NCBI RefSeq assembly: GCF_009914755.1
Contig: NC_060925.1
Direction: 5' to 3' (one strand)
From: the human T2T-CHM13v2.0 reference genome, Homo sapiens
Length of the DNA stretch: 64,000 bases
The notes below the pieces were generated by a model. The model searched no databases. It was not told the origin of the DNA and was given only the letters and a program-made list of their open reading frames with translations. The translations under genes and the position numbers were made by a program. Shown in pieces: positions 14,725 to 27,862 of this stretch. How positions within the stretch are numbered: the stretch's first letter is position 1; each line of letters opens with the position of its first letter.

Positions 14725-14880
14725 CAGAAAATTGTGCTTGCTATCTATCAAGACTGTTCTAATTTATTTACATAGATTAAATTCATTTAATGCTCACCAC
14801 AAGGTTAGGAGGTAAATACAATTATTATCCCCATTTTAAAGGTGAGAAAAGAAACCACAGAGGTGAGGTAGCCTGCAAAT
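14725..14880 (-). mobile_element. MIR SINE
   Basis: tcatttaatgctcaccacaag...attatccccattttaaaggtgagaaa. Confidence 0.7.
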
Positions 14881-14979
14881 GACTCCCTACCCTCTGACAT
14901 TTTTTACTATTACCATATAGTTATTAATATATACAAATATACCAATATTCTCATGCACACCAATATTTTTGTCATTGTT

Positions 14980-16950
14980 TTCTAAAATGAGATCTTTGTA
15001 TAACTAGCTCACTCATTTTTAAATCTCTGCATAAAATTTCCTATTTTATTTGTGTAATTGTACACTTTTGCATTTGGTGTTTTCTTTCTTGGGAGTCTTA
15101 TTTGGGTTTTGGCCACTTGGAATACAGCTGTAGAAACTAGCCTTGTATATATAACCATAGGTACTTGCATTTGTCTTTTATGTGATAGGATGGAATATGT
15201 CTTTTTAATTTTAATTGATGTTGTGAAATGCTTCCCAAATGACTGTAAAATTTTACATTTCCACCAAAATCTTGAAACTGTACTCTCTCTGGAGTATCTT
15301 GTCAGGAGCAGGTGCTAAAGCTTTCCTTTTCATGGTCTGATTGTTGTAGAGAGATATCTCACTTTAACTTCAAAGTACCTTTCCCTGGCTGCTAATGGGT
15401 GTCTTCTCTCATTTATCAGTCACTCGGATTTGCTCTTCTGTGGGTTACCTGCTGATATACTTGGGCCATTTCAGTTGGGTGTTCTTCTTTTACTTGTTTT
15501 TCAGTGATTTTTATATTACAATTGTTCATCATTTGCCTGCTGTATGCATTGCAAATATTTTGGGGATCTCTCTGTGTTTGCTTTTAATTTCTTGCCATCA
15601 GATACTTTTCTTTTGATTGGATCAAATGTATTTCATCTTAGAGCTTCTGAATTTTTTCCTTGAGAAATTCTTTCTTCTAGGTGTTTTATATTTTAGTTAT
15701 TTTTATGCACAGTTCACATTTCATGTGTTTTCTTTCAGAAAGATGGCCAATTGTCCCAGTATCTATTTATCCCATTCCCAGGGATGTAGAACGTTCCCCA
15801 CTCTGAGCTCGGGGTCTGGATTTTCTATTCGGTGCCTCCCCCAGAACCTATTGGATGAGTGGCTTGCCGTCTATTTTGATATTAAACAAGAGGAGATTCT
15901 TCTTGCCATTTTTCTTTTGCAAACTGTTCTTCACTATTCCTAGTACTAATTGTTCCACATGAACTTGAAGGTTATTTTTCTAATTCCCAAAATAACCCCC
16001 CAAACCAACCAACCATCACAGCCATAGTCTATCCCTCTGTATGTCCATCTCTTCTTCTTACAAGTCCTATCTCTTCTTTGTCAATTGTTTCAGACACTTG
16101 TTGCTAAAATAGAAAAAAGCTATTAGGTTTTGTATGTTCCTCTTTTTGCCATCCACTCTATCTAATTTCTTTCTTAGTTATCGTAGTATGATTATTTGAC
16201 TATCTTGGATTTTCTAATTATACAATCATATCAGCAAAGAAACAAAACAAAACATAGTTTTATCTCTTCTTTCCCAATGTTTATACGGATCATCTCATTT
16301 TCTTATATCAGTGCCTTCTCTACAATACCAAAATAATGTTGAATAATAATTGTGGTCGTGGGAATCACTTCATTACCTGTTTTAATTAAAACAGCTGTAG
16401 AGTTTTGTAATTTCGAATAATATTTTTGTTGAGCTTTGGTAAATAATTTTTATCATATTTAAGTAGTATTCGTTTAGTGCTATTTTACATAGGGTTTTAT
16501 CATTAATGGTATCTACATTTTATTGATTGCCTTTTCAGCATCATTATTATCATCACATGTGTTTTCCTCCTTTATTTTCTGATAGAAAGATTATGTTAAT
16601 AGGTTCAGTCAAACTTGCATTGATAAAGCAAACCACTTTTAAGTTATTTAAAAATAAAATACAATGAAGAATTATTAAAATAAAAGGACATCTGCCGAAT
16701 ATTTTATTTATATTTCTATTTTATAATATTGTTTATTATTTATATTTCTATATAACTTATGTTGGTAAGATTGGACTGGGCTTTTCTATTGGAGTTTTAT
16801 CTTTGTCACATTCAGCAGAAAAACTATTACACTTGGTTTTACTCCTCCCATCTTGCCTTATGTTATTTCTTTTACTTTGTTATTTCGTCACTATTTTTTC
16901 CTATTTATTTTTCTGGTGAGATCAAATTACTATTGATTTCTCTTTTCCCT
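14980..16950 (-). mobile_element. Old L1ME-like 3' end and ORF2, antisense
   Basis: T-rich antisense L1 signatures: ttttacatttccacca, ttgcaaatattt, tacaatcatatcagcaaa, tgccttttcagcatc. Confidence 0.65.
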
Positions 16951-16964
16951 TGAACTATTTGGAA

Positions 16965-17830
16965 GTGGCAGTGGATTATTATAATAAAATCCCCCAATGA
17001 ACCTCACCTCCAAGTGTCCAGGACCATTTGCAGCGGACTGTTACTATGCGTCCATGCACATTTGCCGTGGGCTAAGAGCGTGTGTCTGTGTCCATTCACA
17101 GTGGGCTATGACTAGGTGTCCACATCCATTCATGGTGGGTTATCATCATGTGTCCATGACCATTCACAGTGAGCTATGACCATGGGTCCACAACTATTCA
17201 GAGTGGGCTATGACAATGTATCCACGTCCACTCACAATGGGCTATGACCATGTGTTCACATTCATTCACAGTGGGCTATGACCATGTGTCCATGAACGTT
17301 TGCAGTGGGCTATGAGCATATGTCCACATCTATTCACACTGGGCTATGACCATGTGTCTATAGCCATTCACATTGGGCGATGATCATGTGTCCATGACGA
17401 TTTGCAGTGGGCTATGAGCATGTGTCCACATCTATTTGCAGTGGGCTATGAGCATGGCTCCACGTCCATTCATAGTAGGTTATAACTGTTCTTCACATCA
17501 AGAGGTAGAGTCAGTGTCTTCATCCCATTGACTTTGTGACTTCATTTAACCAAGAAATTAGGGGAGGTGATATTGTGCAAATCCTAGAGCTGAGGATTTA
17601 GGAGTCCTTGAGATTTACATTCTTGCCATTTTAGTGCCTGCCTCTGTGCACAGACACTCAGACTGTGCTCTTTAAGGATGAGAGAAGAGGGAGAGATCCA
17701 GGAGTCCTTATGTCTTAGCTGAGCCCAACCCCAAGCCCAGTCCCCATCAGATGCCCCACATGAGTGACCCCAGTCAACACCAGTGAATCATGAGGAAGAA
17801 TCAATTGTTTGAAGCTGTAATTATGAAGCT
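16965..17830 (+). mobile_element. Old MLT1 (G/H-like) MaLR LTR hosting a minisatellite
   Basis: cacatcaagaggtagagtc...gacttcatttaaccaaga...gtgatattgtgcaaatcctagag...gtgaccccag...tgtttgaagc. Confidence 0.6.
17014..17489 (+). repeat. 34-bp minisatellite, about 14 copies (consensus TGTGTCCACATCCATTCACAGTGGGCTATGACCA)
   Basis: The GTGGGCTATG motif or a variant recurs exactly every 34 nt, from 17033 through 17067, 17101 and on to 17475. Confidence 0.97.
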
Positions 17831-19279
17831 TCAAATTTCAGGGGCAAAAATGATGCCAAAGTATTTTTCCATCTGTTATACCCATAACCTAACAACTATT
17901 TCTTCATTATTGTATAAAAATGGTACAAACTCTTTTCCCCAACCAAAATAGGTATGACCCCATTTGACTAGTCAGCTGTGAACTGAGCATGTTGATTTCT
18001 GCCTTCTCTGTCCCTATCTTGCCTACTTCCTACACCAAGGCAGCTCCATTCCAGTTGGCCAGTATGTCTTCTCAAGAATTTGTATTTGGCAGTTATATTA
18101 CTTTTTTATACATTTCCAGTCATTTTATTGTTATACATATATATTTGACTGTGTCGGTGTGTATTTTCAAAGCTTATATCATGTTTAAATATGAGTAAAT
18201 ATGTATCTCTCTTCCATTGAATCTGAGCTGGCCTTCTGACTTCATTTAACCAAGAGATGAGGGAAGGTGACGGTGTGCAAATTATCCTTTTAGTTTCTCA
18301 AAGAGTCCCTTTAGCTTCTCATCGTTTCAATTGCTACTTTCTGTAAACCTTCTCATCCTCTGGGCTGCTGCTTACAAATTGGCAAAGATCTTAATGAAAA
18401 ATGATGGCAATATTGGATTCCTTATCTCTACATTTCTGTCTTTGCCATTATTTTTGCCCCTGAAGTCCTGGCTTCCTTGGTAACTCTTCAATACCTCTAA
18501 ATGGACAAACATATACACAGATATATAAGTGTATAGTTCCCCAAAGTTTTCTCCCTCATATTTCCAGTGTCAAAGTGCCTATTCTGCTCATTTCTGAACT
18601 CTCCCCCAGATGGAGTCTCTGTGTCCTAGCATATTGGAGATTTGTTTTCTCCCATCAGGTGAAGCTTGTCTGGTTTCCTGTGTGGTAGTTCTTTTCCTTC
18701 CGTCATCTGTTTATGTTATTCCGCACTCTTTTAGTTTTCAGAGCAGCAAAAGAGACGTCTGGTGCCAATCTAATTCTTCTTTTTCTCTCCTTTCTTTTAT
18801 GCATGTTTAATTGTGGTGCCTCTACTTGGGGCAACTAGTTAGGTAACTAAAGGGAAAAGATGTAATTCTAGGGGTTTTTGTAGAAGTGAAAACATCTTGG
18901 CTTGCCAATGGTTGCATTGCATGGGACTGGCAAGGCTGTCCTCTCAAAACAGATCTCACCATATGAGCTGACTATGAGAAGTTAACACTCTTAGGCTGAC
19001 TTTGTGATAGAAGAAATCACAATGTGTGATAGAGATCACCATAATATATATAATTTGTCAAAATTTAAACACATTTTAAGTGGTAGCCAAACAGAAAACT
19101 GCACTGCACACAGTTCTCTTCTGAAATTCGCCATCTTGCCATCTGTATTTCAGACCACATTATTCATTTTTAAGTCTGTATATGATAATTTTAGTATCTT
19201 AGTCAACTATAAAACTATTTATATTGTCTGTTTTTTTTCTCTTGGATCTTGGACATTTGGTTATGTTCCCCCGTGTGCC

Positions 19280-19880
19280 TGTCAATTTTTATGCATAGTG
19301 CATGAGAAAAGCTTGAGTGATAATTTGATATTCTGAATGATGTCATCTTCCTCTGGAGAGAATTTACTTTTGCTTTTAGCAGGCAGTCTGAGCAAGGGTT
19401 TTTCACTTTAAACCAATTAGTGATTGAGCTCATTCAGAACTGGGTTTTAGTATTGTCAGCACTAGTCAATTTCTGGTTCTTTCTTACTTTCACTGTGTAG
19501 CCTTCAGGGATCCTAACTGAAAAACTTGAAAGGTTCCACTACGCCTTTTTCTTGTCATGTCTTGAAATTTTACTTTTATCTCCACCGCGTTATGAGACTG
19601 TCAAAAGATCTCATCAGCTTCTTATCCTTTTAGTTGCTGCTTTCTGTTATCCTTCTCATCCTCTGGGATACTGCTTACAAATTGGCAAAGATGTCAATGA
19701 AAAATAATGACATTACTGGGCTCCTTCTCTCTACATTTCTGGCCTTGCCATTATTTTTATCCCTGAAGTCCTGGCTCCCTTGGAAACTCTTTATTGCCTC
19801 TAAATAGAGGTAATTTAATTTATTCAGCTTTTTAGTTCTCTATTGGAAGTTTGGTCCAATTGAAGCTTGTCCACCAGAGC
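19280..19880 (-). mobile_element. Old L1M 5'-region fragment
   Basis: tcttcctctggagagaatttacttttgcttttagcaggcagt...ccttcagggatcctaactgaaa. Confidence 0.5.
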
Positions 19881-20084
19881 AAGAAGCCAAATCTCATTTT
19901 TCTTTATCAAATATATTGTGCTTTCCTATTAAAAACATGTCTTTTTTTCTCATCCTTGGAATTCAAGAATTTCACAATGTCAATATTATTTTTCATTAAT
20001 CCTGCTTGGAACTTGTTAGCCTATAAAAGTTGATATTCCTATCTTTTCTTTATCACAATCATTCATTTAATAAATAAAATCGGT

Positions 20085-20348
20085 CACATCTAGCAACTTC
20101 ATTCCTAAGCATATCCTCAAAAGAATTGAAAGCAACTCAAACAGATATTTGTTTACCCATATTCTTATAGCATAATTCACAATAGATAGAAATAATCCAA
20201 TTGTTTATCAAAAGACAAACAATATTGTATATTTGTACAATGAAATATTATTCAGTGTCTTTAAAAAGAAGGAAATTCTGACACATACTAAACATGGGTA
20301 AACCTCGAAGATACTACTCTAAGTGAATAAGCCAGATGTAAAAAGACA
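20085..20348 (+). mobile_element. L1MA/MB 3' fragment
   Basis: caaaagaattgaaagcaactcaaacagatatttg...aaaagaaggaaattctgacacat...ctaagtgaataagccag. Confidence 0.8.
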
Positions 20349-20510
20349 GACAGATAGAGATAGCTAGCTAGCTAGCTAGATAGATAATAGATGGATGGAT
20401 GGATGGATAGATGATAGATAGATGAATGGATAGCAATGGAATGATGGATGGATGAATGGACAGATGGATGAATGGATGGATGGATGAATAGATAGATAGA
20501 TCGATCTATC
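20346..20510. repeat. Compound (GATA/GATG/GCTA)n microsatellite
   Basis: Directly visible. Confidence 0.95.
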
Positions 20511-21284
20511 TCATCAGGGAATGGATGATGTACTCAAATTAGTGATTGGAGAGATTTTAATAACGGACTACCTACATAGTTGCAGTGGGATAAGAAAAGC
20601 ACACAGGATAATGGGAGCCTTGAAGCTGGTAAGTGCTGGGAGCTATTACCACCTAGACCTGGTGGGGAAAAGGGAGGGAGTTACAGGAACCTGGAGAGAG
20701 TTGTGTAGAGGGGGTGCCTTGGCAGAACTGTGGACTTTGGCAGAGGGATACACATGTTCTGTAGCAACCAGGTTGGAATTATAGATGCCCTAATTTCAAT
20801 TTTCTTCCCTTGCTCTGTTTGTCCCTCCCCCTTGCCTTCTCCCAGCGCCGCCACACCCCCACCTCTATTGGCAGAATACGACAGGCAAGCAGGAGACCAA
20901 AAGAGCTTATATATTCAGTTCCTCCAGGTCAGCCTCCTGGGGAAGAAAATGGGTTGATCAAAAGTGGATCGTGTATCTGGAGGAGGAATAGAGGAAATCC
21001 AGCACAACAAATGTTTACTAAGCACCTCTTTTTTGCCAGTTATTGTCCCAGGTGATAAAGACAGAACTATGGCCCAAAGACCCTTCTTTGTAAAGCTTAC
21101 CTTCTACAGGGAAATTGATTTATATGATTTATTTAATTTTTTAAAATCTATTCTTTGTCCTTTTCCTAGAACTCCTAATAATCTTATATCAGGGTTTTGG
21201 AGACATATCACTCATTTTTCTCCTTAATATTTTTAACCACGGCTTTTTGTTTGGGATTCGAAAAATTCCTTTTATACCCTAGAC

Positions 21285-21504
21285 ACAAGTCAGGAAATTT
21301 TTTCTGCAAATAGCCAGATAGTAAATGTTTTAGACTTTGTGAGTCATATGGCCTGTCTCAACTACTGAACTCTGATGTTATAATGCAAAAGCAGAAATAT
21401 ACACTACATAAGTGAATGGGCTTGTCTGTGTTCCAATAAAACTTTATTTATAAAACAGCTGGTGAGCCAGATTTGGCCTATGAGCTATAATTTGTCAATT
21501 CTTG
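21285..21504. mobile_element. MER58A hAT-Charlie DNA transposon
   Basis: agccagatagtaaatgttttagactttg...tgtgttccaataaaactttatttat...ccagatttggcc; CTAG-centred flanks ccctagac/ttctaggc. Confidence 0.85.
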
Positions 21505-23537
21505 TTCTAGGCCAGTAACTTGGGTCTTAATGTCAACTTATTCTAACCTTCAGTTCATCTACACCAAGTTCTAGTAAAAATAATCTCATTTTGTTAATTT
21601 GTTGTTTAACAGAAAGTCCACTTATGGTGTAATTGAATCTCTGTAATTGTTCTTCACAGCTTTATTCAACTTGCTCTCCAGCACCTAGGCTTTCTAGAGC
21701 TCCCCAGTCTGCAGTGTTGTTTCTTCTTCATGCTAGGTGCAGGTCCTTTGGGGTGCATTATTATTTTCCTTTGGCAACTCCAGGCTCATTGGGCCCAAGG
21801 GTACTTCAAGTGGTGGGGTTCAGCAGCCTCTGCTCCAATGGGCAACAGGTGGCAAGGCAGCAGTTCCTGTCTGGGAATCAGGCACAGAGATAGGACCTCT
21901 CTCCTCCCAGCCTTCTTGAGCTGCAAGGTTGGAGTTTCTGGGGCAGCAGCCCCTCTTCCCTCTGCTTACCTGTACACCAGACCTTTGGGAATCTGGGAAG
22001 CCAACAGGCCTCCTGAGACAATGCACCTGGCAGGAGCTTTCACTTTCTCCAGAGAATCTGGAGCTTCAGTCCTTGTCCCAGGCCCACTGCACCAGGCTCC
22101 CACCATCCCAGAAGAAACTATGGCTTGCACAGGATCTGGCAGCCAGGAAGCCCACCCCAAAAACATCTTGATTGTTCCCTCCATGACCCATATATCTGCC
22201 AGCCCAGAAGCTCCGGGGATGGCCCTCTGCAGGTGGATTAGCGTTGGAGTGGGGGAAGGGCAGCAGGGGACCGCCGTCTTTTACGACACCGAAACCAGGG
22301 TTTCAATCTGTTGAAACATAACAGGTTTTCAGACTGGCAGCAGCTAACAGTTTTCAGAGTCAGTGTTTTTGATCATCAGCCTGAAGACACAAGCAAACTG
22401 AACAAATTGGATAAGAAGGCTTATTCACAATGAGCCAAGTCCTGACATTGAATGTGAATCCATCCAGGTGACCTGAAGGGAAGCTTTGGTCAGAATGGAG
22501 AATGAGCCTGGAAAAAAAAAAAGAACATTCCTATACAAAGATTTGGGCCTCCGAAAGGTGATTTGTCTACCACATGGTGTGATCAGCATCAGAATGAGTG
22601 ACTGCCATGCTCTTTCCAAGAAATGGCCATGTCTTAGGGCAGGACCCTAGAATCTTAGATGTTGGGGTTAAAAGAGACCACTGGGACCATTAGCCAAGTC
22701 ACCCCCAGTTCCCTGATACTTCTTAGAAAATGCATCTCTAGAACATCTTCGGGGGCTGTTGGATGGCCAGAATACATCTTCAACTTCTGCCCATTCTGAA
22801 AAATGTGGGTATCTGGCTCAATGGTTCTACTGAAATAACAAAGAACATGGCAGCAAAATTATCATTGGTTTACATTGTCTTTAGAGAGTGACAGATGCTC
22901 AGGATCTAGGCATGGGGGTTTATGCAGGAAGGCATTAAAAGATTAAATATGAATTTATGTTAGACAACAGACCTAGCCTCCATTCAACATCAATATGCTG
23001 GCATTATTATTATTTTATGAAAACAATAATTCACAGTTTGCTGAAAGAGAATAACAGTATTGATCTTCTGAACACTGCATTTTATTTTCCATTAAATTTT
23101 TTATGGAGCATGGCAAGCTGTGTGCTGGGTCTGATCTTTTCTGCACATTAAGGTACAAAGCTTTTGCAGATGTAGAAATTACGAGGGCTGTGTTAATAAA
23201 ACCAGCTCATATGGCCTAGGAGCAAAAAGTAAACAGTTCTTCACTGGAGTTCTGCTCTGAGCTTATTAGTTTTTCAGGTTTGTGAACTGACCCACAAAGG
23301 AAATAGAAATCTCTCCTTAGTGAGCAGAGAGAAAGAAATATGTTAGCAACAATGAGAAACTCTTTCTCAAAGACTCTTTAATAGCATTGCAAGTGCACAT
23401 TTCAGAAGCAGTAGAGCAAATGCAACCAAAGGCATTGGGTAATTCACTCAAACCCTAGCATGTCTTCCTACTCTGTGACATTATCTATTATGTTACCAGA
23501 GTATTTTTAGCATCAATTGGAGTAACTATATTCTTAG

Positions 23538-23866
23538 TGCATTAGTCTGTTCTCCAGCTGCTGTGAAGAAATACCTGGGACTGGGTAATTTATAAACAAA
23601 AGAGGTTTAATTGACTTACAGTTATGCATGGCTGGGGAGGTCTCAAAAACCTTTCAATCATGGTGGAAGTCACCTCTTCACAGAGCAGCAGGAGAGAGAA
23701 AGAATGAGTGCCAGGAGAGGACATGTCAGGTGCTTATAAAACCATCGGCTCTCATGAGAACTCACTCACTATCATGAGAACACCAGGTCCCTCCCACAAC
23801 ATGTGAAGATTATGGGAACTAAAATTCAGGATGAGATTTGGGTGAGGACACAGTCAAACCATATCA
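23538..23866 (-). mobile_element. THE1C-like solo LTR with an internal deletion
   Basis: attagtctgttctc...cacctcttcacag...gatgagatttgggtgaggacacagtcaaaccatatca. Confidence 0.88.
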
Positions 23867-24223
23867 TTCATCAGTACTTCTCTGAGGATCTTAAAACCAG
23901 TTCACTTCCTTCCTTTCACTAATTTTCACTCAGAAGTTAATATTCTGACTGATCCATTGGCTATTTGAGCATGGGTCTATTTGAATGTCTCCAAATTCTA
24001 GATTGTAAACTAGAAGCATTCACTGCTGTCCTTTGGCATGAGGTGTTTTAATCTCTTTCTCAAAAAAAAAAAAAAAATACACAAAGGACTACTATGTCCA
24101 AGTCTTGATCTGATTGTGAAAAATAAAGACACCTCCAAACAGGGATATTTCTGACTAACAGCTGGGGTAGAATCATCGGCTTATTACCTTTTTAAGCTAG
24201 CCACCTTCTCTTTGCCCCTAATA

Positions 24224-25066
24224 TGTATGGTCTTTGTGTTTTTTTTTTCTCTGACACTAACTAGCTGAACTGCAACTCAATTCCAGTCTGACTCTAACTA
24301 CCCAGAGTTGGTAGGGCTCAGTCCCACTAGGCTGCCACCACTTCAGATGCCAATTCCAACTGCTGAGTCCCCAGGTTCACTGCAAAACTGCCTGGATGAC
24401 TACAAATTCAAGGTCACCACCACCCCCCCCCCCTTGGGTCTGATAATTTGCAGCACATCTCAGAATTCAGGAAACTGCTATACTTACAGTTTTATTGTAA
24501 AGGATGCAACTCAGGGCCAGCCAAGTGGAAAAGACACACAGAGCAAGATACCGTGGATGGGGTGGAGCTTCCATGCCTTCTACAGCACCTTGCCACCTCC
24601 CAGAACTGGCACACAGGGCAAAATATGGTGGGTGGGGTGGAGCTTCCATGGCTTCTCCAGCTTTCATGCCACCTCCCAGCACCTTGATGTGTTCACCAAA
24701 AAGAATCTTGCCATTTAGAGGGTTTTATAGAGGGTTCATTATGTAGATATGACTGATTAAGTCACAAGCCATGGGTCACTGAACTCAATTTCCAGCCACT
24801 CTACCATTTCCAGGAGTCAGGGGGTGGGAGCGTTGAAAGTTCTAACCCTCTAATCACATGTTTTGTTTTTTCTGGCAACCAACTCCCATCCTGAAGCTAT
24901 CTAGGGGCCCACTATGAGTTATCTCATCAGCATTAACTGAAATTGAGCAAAAGGGGCTTTCTATGATTAACAAAAGATACTCTTATCACTCAGAAAATTC
25001 CCAGGGTGTTAGAAAACCTATGCCAGAAATATAAAACAAAGACCAAATTATTTTTTATTGTATTAC
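24224..25066 (-). mobile_element. MER21-like ERVL LTR with an internal ~70-bp tandem duplication
   Basis: taactacccagagtt...cacttcagatgcca...ggagcttccatg (twice)...aaagttctaaccctctaatcaca...aacaaagaccaaat. Confidence 0.8.
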
Positions 25067-27256
25067 GTCTTTCCAACATGCTAGGAGTAGAAGCAGGGAA
25101 AGGGGAAAGGCAGGCAGCCATCTCAGCAGGAGAAGACAGCATTTTACCTACCTCAGTATAGTATTGTAGAACACACATGAACACCATGCATTAGCCCATG
25201 ACTAGGCAGAGGGAGAAAATGTGCAGCAGTGTTCGACAACTTCTAACATTTGATGAAACTAGGGAGAGGTACGCTTTTCTGAGCTCATGAGTCTTTTTCT
25301 ATCAAGGAAGCCATCAATTTTCTAGTATCTTCTTTCACCCTCTTCCTCCTACATGAGTTGTAATTAAGCTAAAATGAACTGAAAACTGACTCCATTTTCT
25401 TCACAAAGCCCACTTGGCAAATAAAAATTCACTTGGCATTTTCTGATTATTAACCATGGTATTCAAGGGATGGGCCTCGTGCATCTGCAGAGACAGTCAT
25501 ATTGGACAGTGCAGAGGAGCTCCATAAATCACTTCCTAGGCTGCAACCCACATACTGGGAAAGATAAAACGCTTTACATGAGATGGACAAAAAGCTTTAG
25601 GAAAGTAGAAGGTGAGAGATCTCATAGAACCTCTAAGTTTTAGTCTCAGGCTTACAGAGACCCAGCACAATCCGAGCCAGGCATTGGAAGATCCTCCTGG
25701 CTCTCACATAACCCCTATGCACCCTTTAAGACCCAATTCCAAGGACCCTTTTACAACAAAGACTGAACTAAGGCCTCTGGCTGAGGCTGGATGTCAGCCC
25801 TCCTTTCAATATCTCTAACACTTGTCCTCATTTTCTTCCTGCCGTTATAACAGCCCAGGAGCCCATTGTGTGTGAATATTCCTGCCATTCATCCCCTCTG
25901 GGCGGTATGATCCTTAAACATAAACTGGGCTTCCTTCTTTGGCTCTGCCCATTAAATTTTGGTAGTGCAGTTTTAGATCTTGGAGAACAGTGAGACCTTT
26001 GGAAACTGAGGTCTGTATTGTGATCCCAGACACTGACGCGTCTGCTCCCACAATACAGACAGAGGCAGGAAATAGGTCAGGGATATTAACATTCTGTTCG
26101 AAATTCACAAATGTGTACAAAATACCAAAAATAATCAGTTCGGAGAAAACATGGGTTTGAAAAACAAACCTAATCTAAAAATCAAAACAATGTTGACTCA
26201 CAAGAATGAATTCATTTTGGAAGCCAGCAATTTCAGATTTAATTGTGTTGATTTGTCATTTTTTTTCTCTCCCTTTCTCTTTTCCACGCTGTGTTATTGG
26301 AAAAGGCTCAGAGCTGCCTTAGTTTTGATTTATCTTGTGTGGCAGAAGACCCTCATGCTTCCAGATACAGACCCCACAGCTAATTCTCACTTCAAGTGCA
26401 ATTAAAAGGACTTGAACGCCCAATTTGAAATTTCATCTTCATACTTCAAAGAAATTAGTTCAATGAGTGATTGCAATGGAGAGAAGCTAATAATGAAAAT
26501 AATTAATGCCTGGAAATACTTCACAGGCACAGGAAATGCTTGCATACCTCCTGTATATTTAAAGAAAGCCCCCGAGTCAGAAAAAAAGCCAGGAGGCCAA
26601 ATTGTCCATTCCAACTCCCAGAAGTTTGCCATGGCAGCATAATTAAGAGATGCCTCCTGACACCTTTCTTCTTGGACCAGCATTTGTAAACAGGGAGGCC
26701 ATTTAGCTAAATTCACATAATTGCTGCAGAAAACATGGCCCAGACTTCTAAATATCACCAGCACTCCGGAGAGAATAACAATTAAGGAACATGAAAGTAT
26801 GGGTGGTGCATATGAGGAAAAGGAGGTTCTCCACCTCCATGTCTCATCCTTAACCTCACACCAACAAACTTAAAAAGCTCCCTTTAAAGGCAGGATTCCA
26901 AATCACATTGACCAGGGAGATGTGAATTTGTTACTTCTATTCTTTTAACATATGCCATGTAACCAAACACAGAACAGGAATGGCAGAACACTTCTGGCAT
27001 GCATGCTAGGAGTCTCAGGATCAGAGTGGACTTGGCCTCTTCCTCAACCCCCATTACAGATGTCAGACCAATCTGCCTTCTTGGGACAATTTCTGGTCCC
27101 CTGAGTCCATACTATTTTGCTCAACTGCTCTCTGCCTCTCAGGTCCTGTTCACTCATTCTGACTGACCCAAATCTGCCTCCTAGCCAATTTTCTGACTTT
27201 ATCCTTCATAGAGAGACCCATCCAACAGACTGGACTTTGGATCCTTTTTCTTCTAT

Positions 27257-27412
27257 TGTGGACTAAACTGTGTTCCCCAAAATTCATATGTTAAAGCCCT
27301 AACCTCCAATATGACTGTATTTGGAGGTAAGGAAGTTTAAGTGAGGTCATAAGAGTAGAACCCTAATCTAATAGGAATGGTGTCCTTGAAAGAAGAGGAA
27401 AAGAGTGGATCT

Positions 27413-27451
<39 letters not shown>

Positions 27452-27655
27452 CATGCACGCACAGAGGAAAGCCCACATTGAAGACAAAATGAGAATGCAG
27501 CCATCCGCAAGCCAGGAAGAAAGCCCTCACCAAAATGCAACCCTGATAGCACCTCGATCTTGGACTTCTGGCCTTCAGAACTGTGATGAAATTGTCTATT
27601 GTTTAAGTCACCCAGTCCATGAAAGTGTCATGGAAGCTTGAGGAAACTAAGACAC
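27257..27655 (+). mobile_element. MLT1A-like MaLR solo LTR with (CT)n
   Basis: tgtggactaaactgtgttccccaaaattcatatgttaaagccctaacc...caagccaggaaga...aactaagaca. Confidence 0.88.
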
Positions 27656-27862
27656 CTTCCTTATATTGTCCAACATTTCTTGACTTCTTGTCCTCCTTGC
27701 CATCACTTTATGCCTTGCTGTCATTATGCTAAGTTGCCCCAATGACTATTTCTTCAGTCCCCATTATCATCAAACCCTCCTCCTCCTCCCATCTCCTGCA
27801 CTCAAATCTTCTCCCTCCACATGTCTCAAGACTTCATCAGAATCTCCTATCTACTTACCATC

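Noticed and set aside
17014-17489. CRISPR-like array
   Set aside because: The units are contiguous with no unique spacers, there are no cas genes, and the context is mammalian.
20346-20510. Palindromes in the GATA/GCTA tract (e.g. gatagatcgatctatc)
   Set aside because: Expected by-product of tetranucleotide slippage.
21730-22314. 194-aa ORF
   Set aside because: It lies in what looks like antisense old-L1 5' sequence, has no recognisable domain, and overlapping ORFs in several frames suggest a compositional effect.
24535-24680. ~70-bp tandem duplication and the 136-aa ORF over it
   Set aside because: Internal to a MER21-like LTR; no evidence of function.
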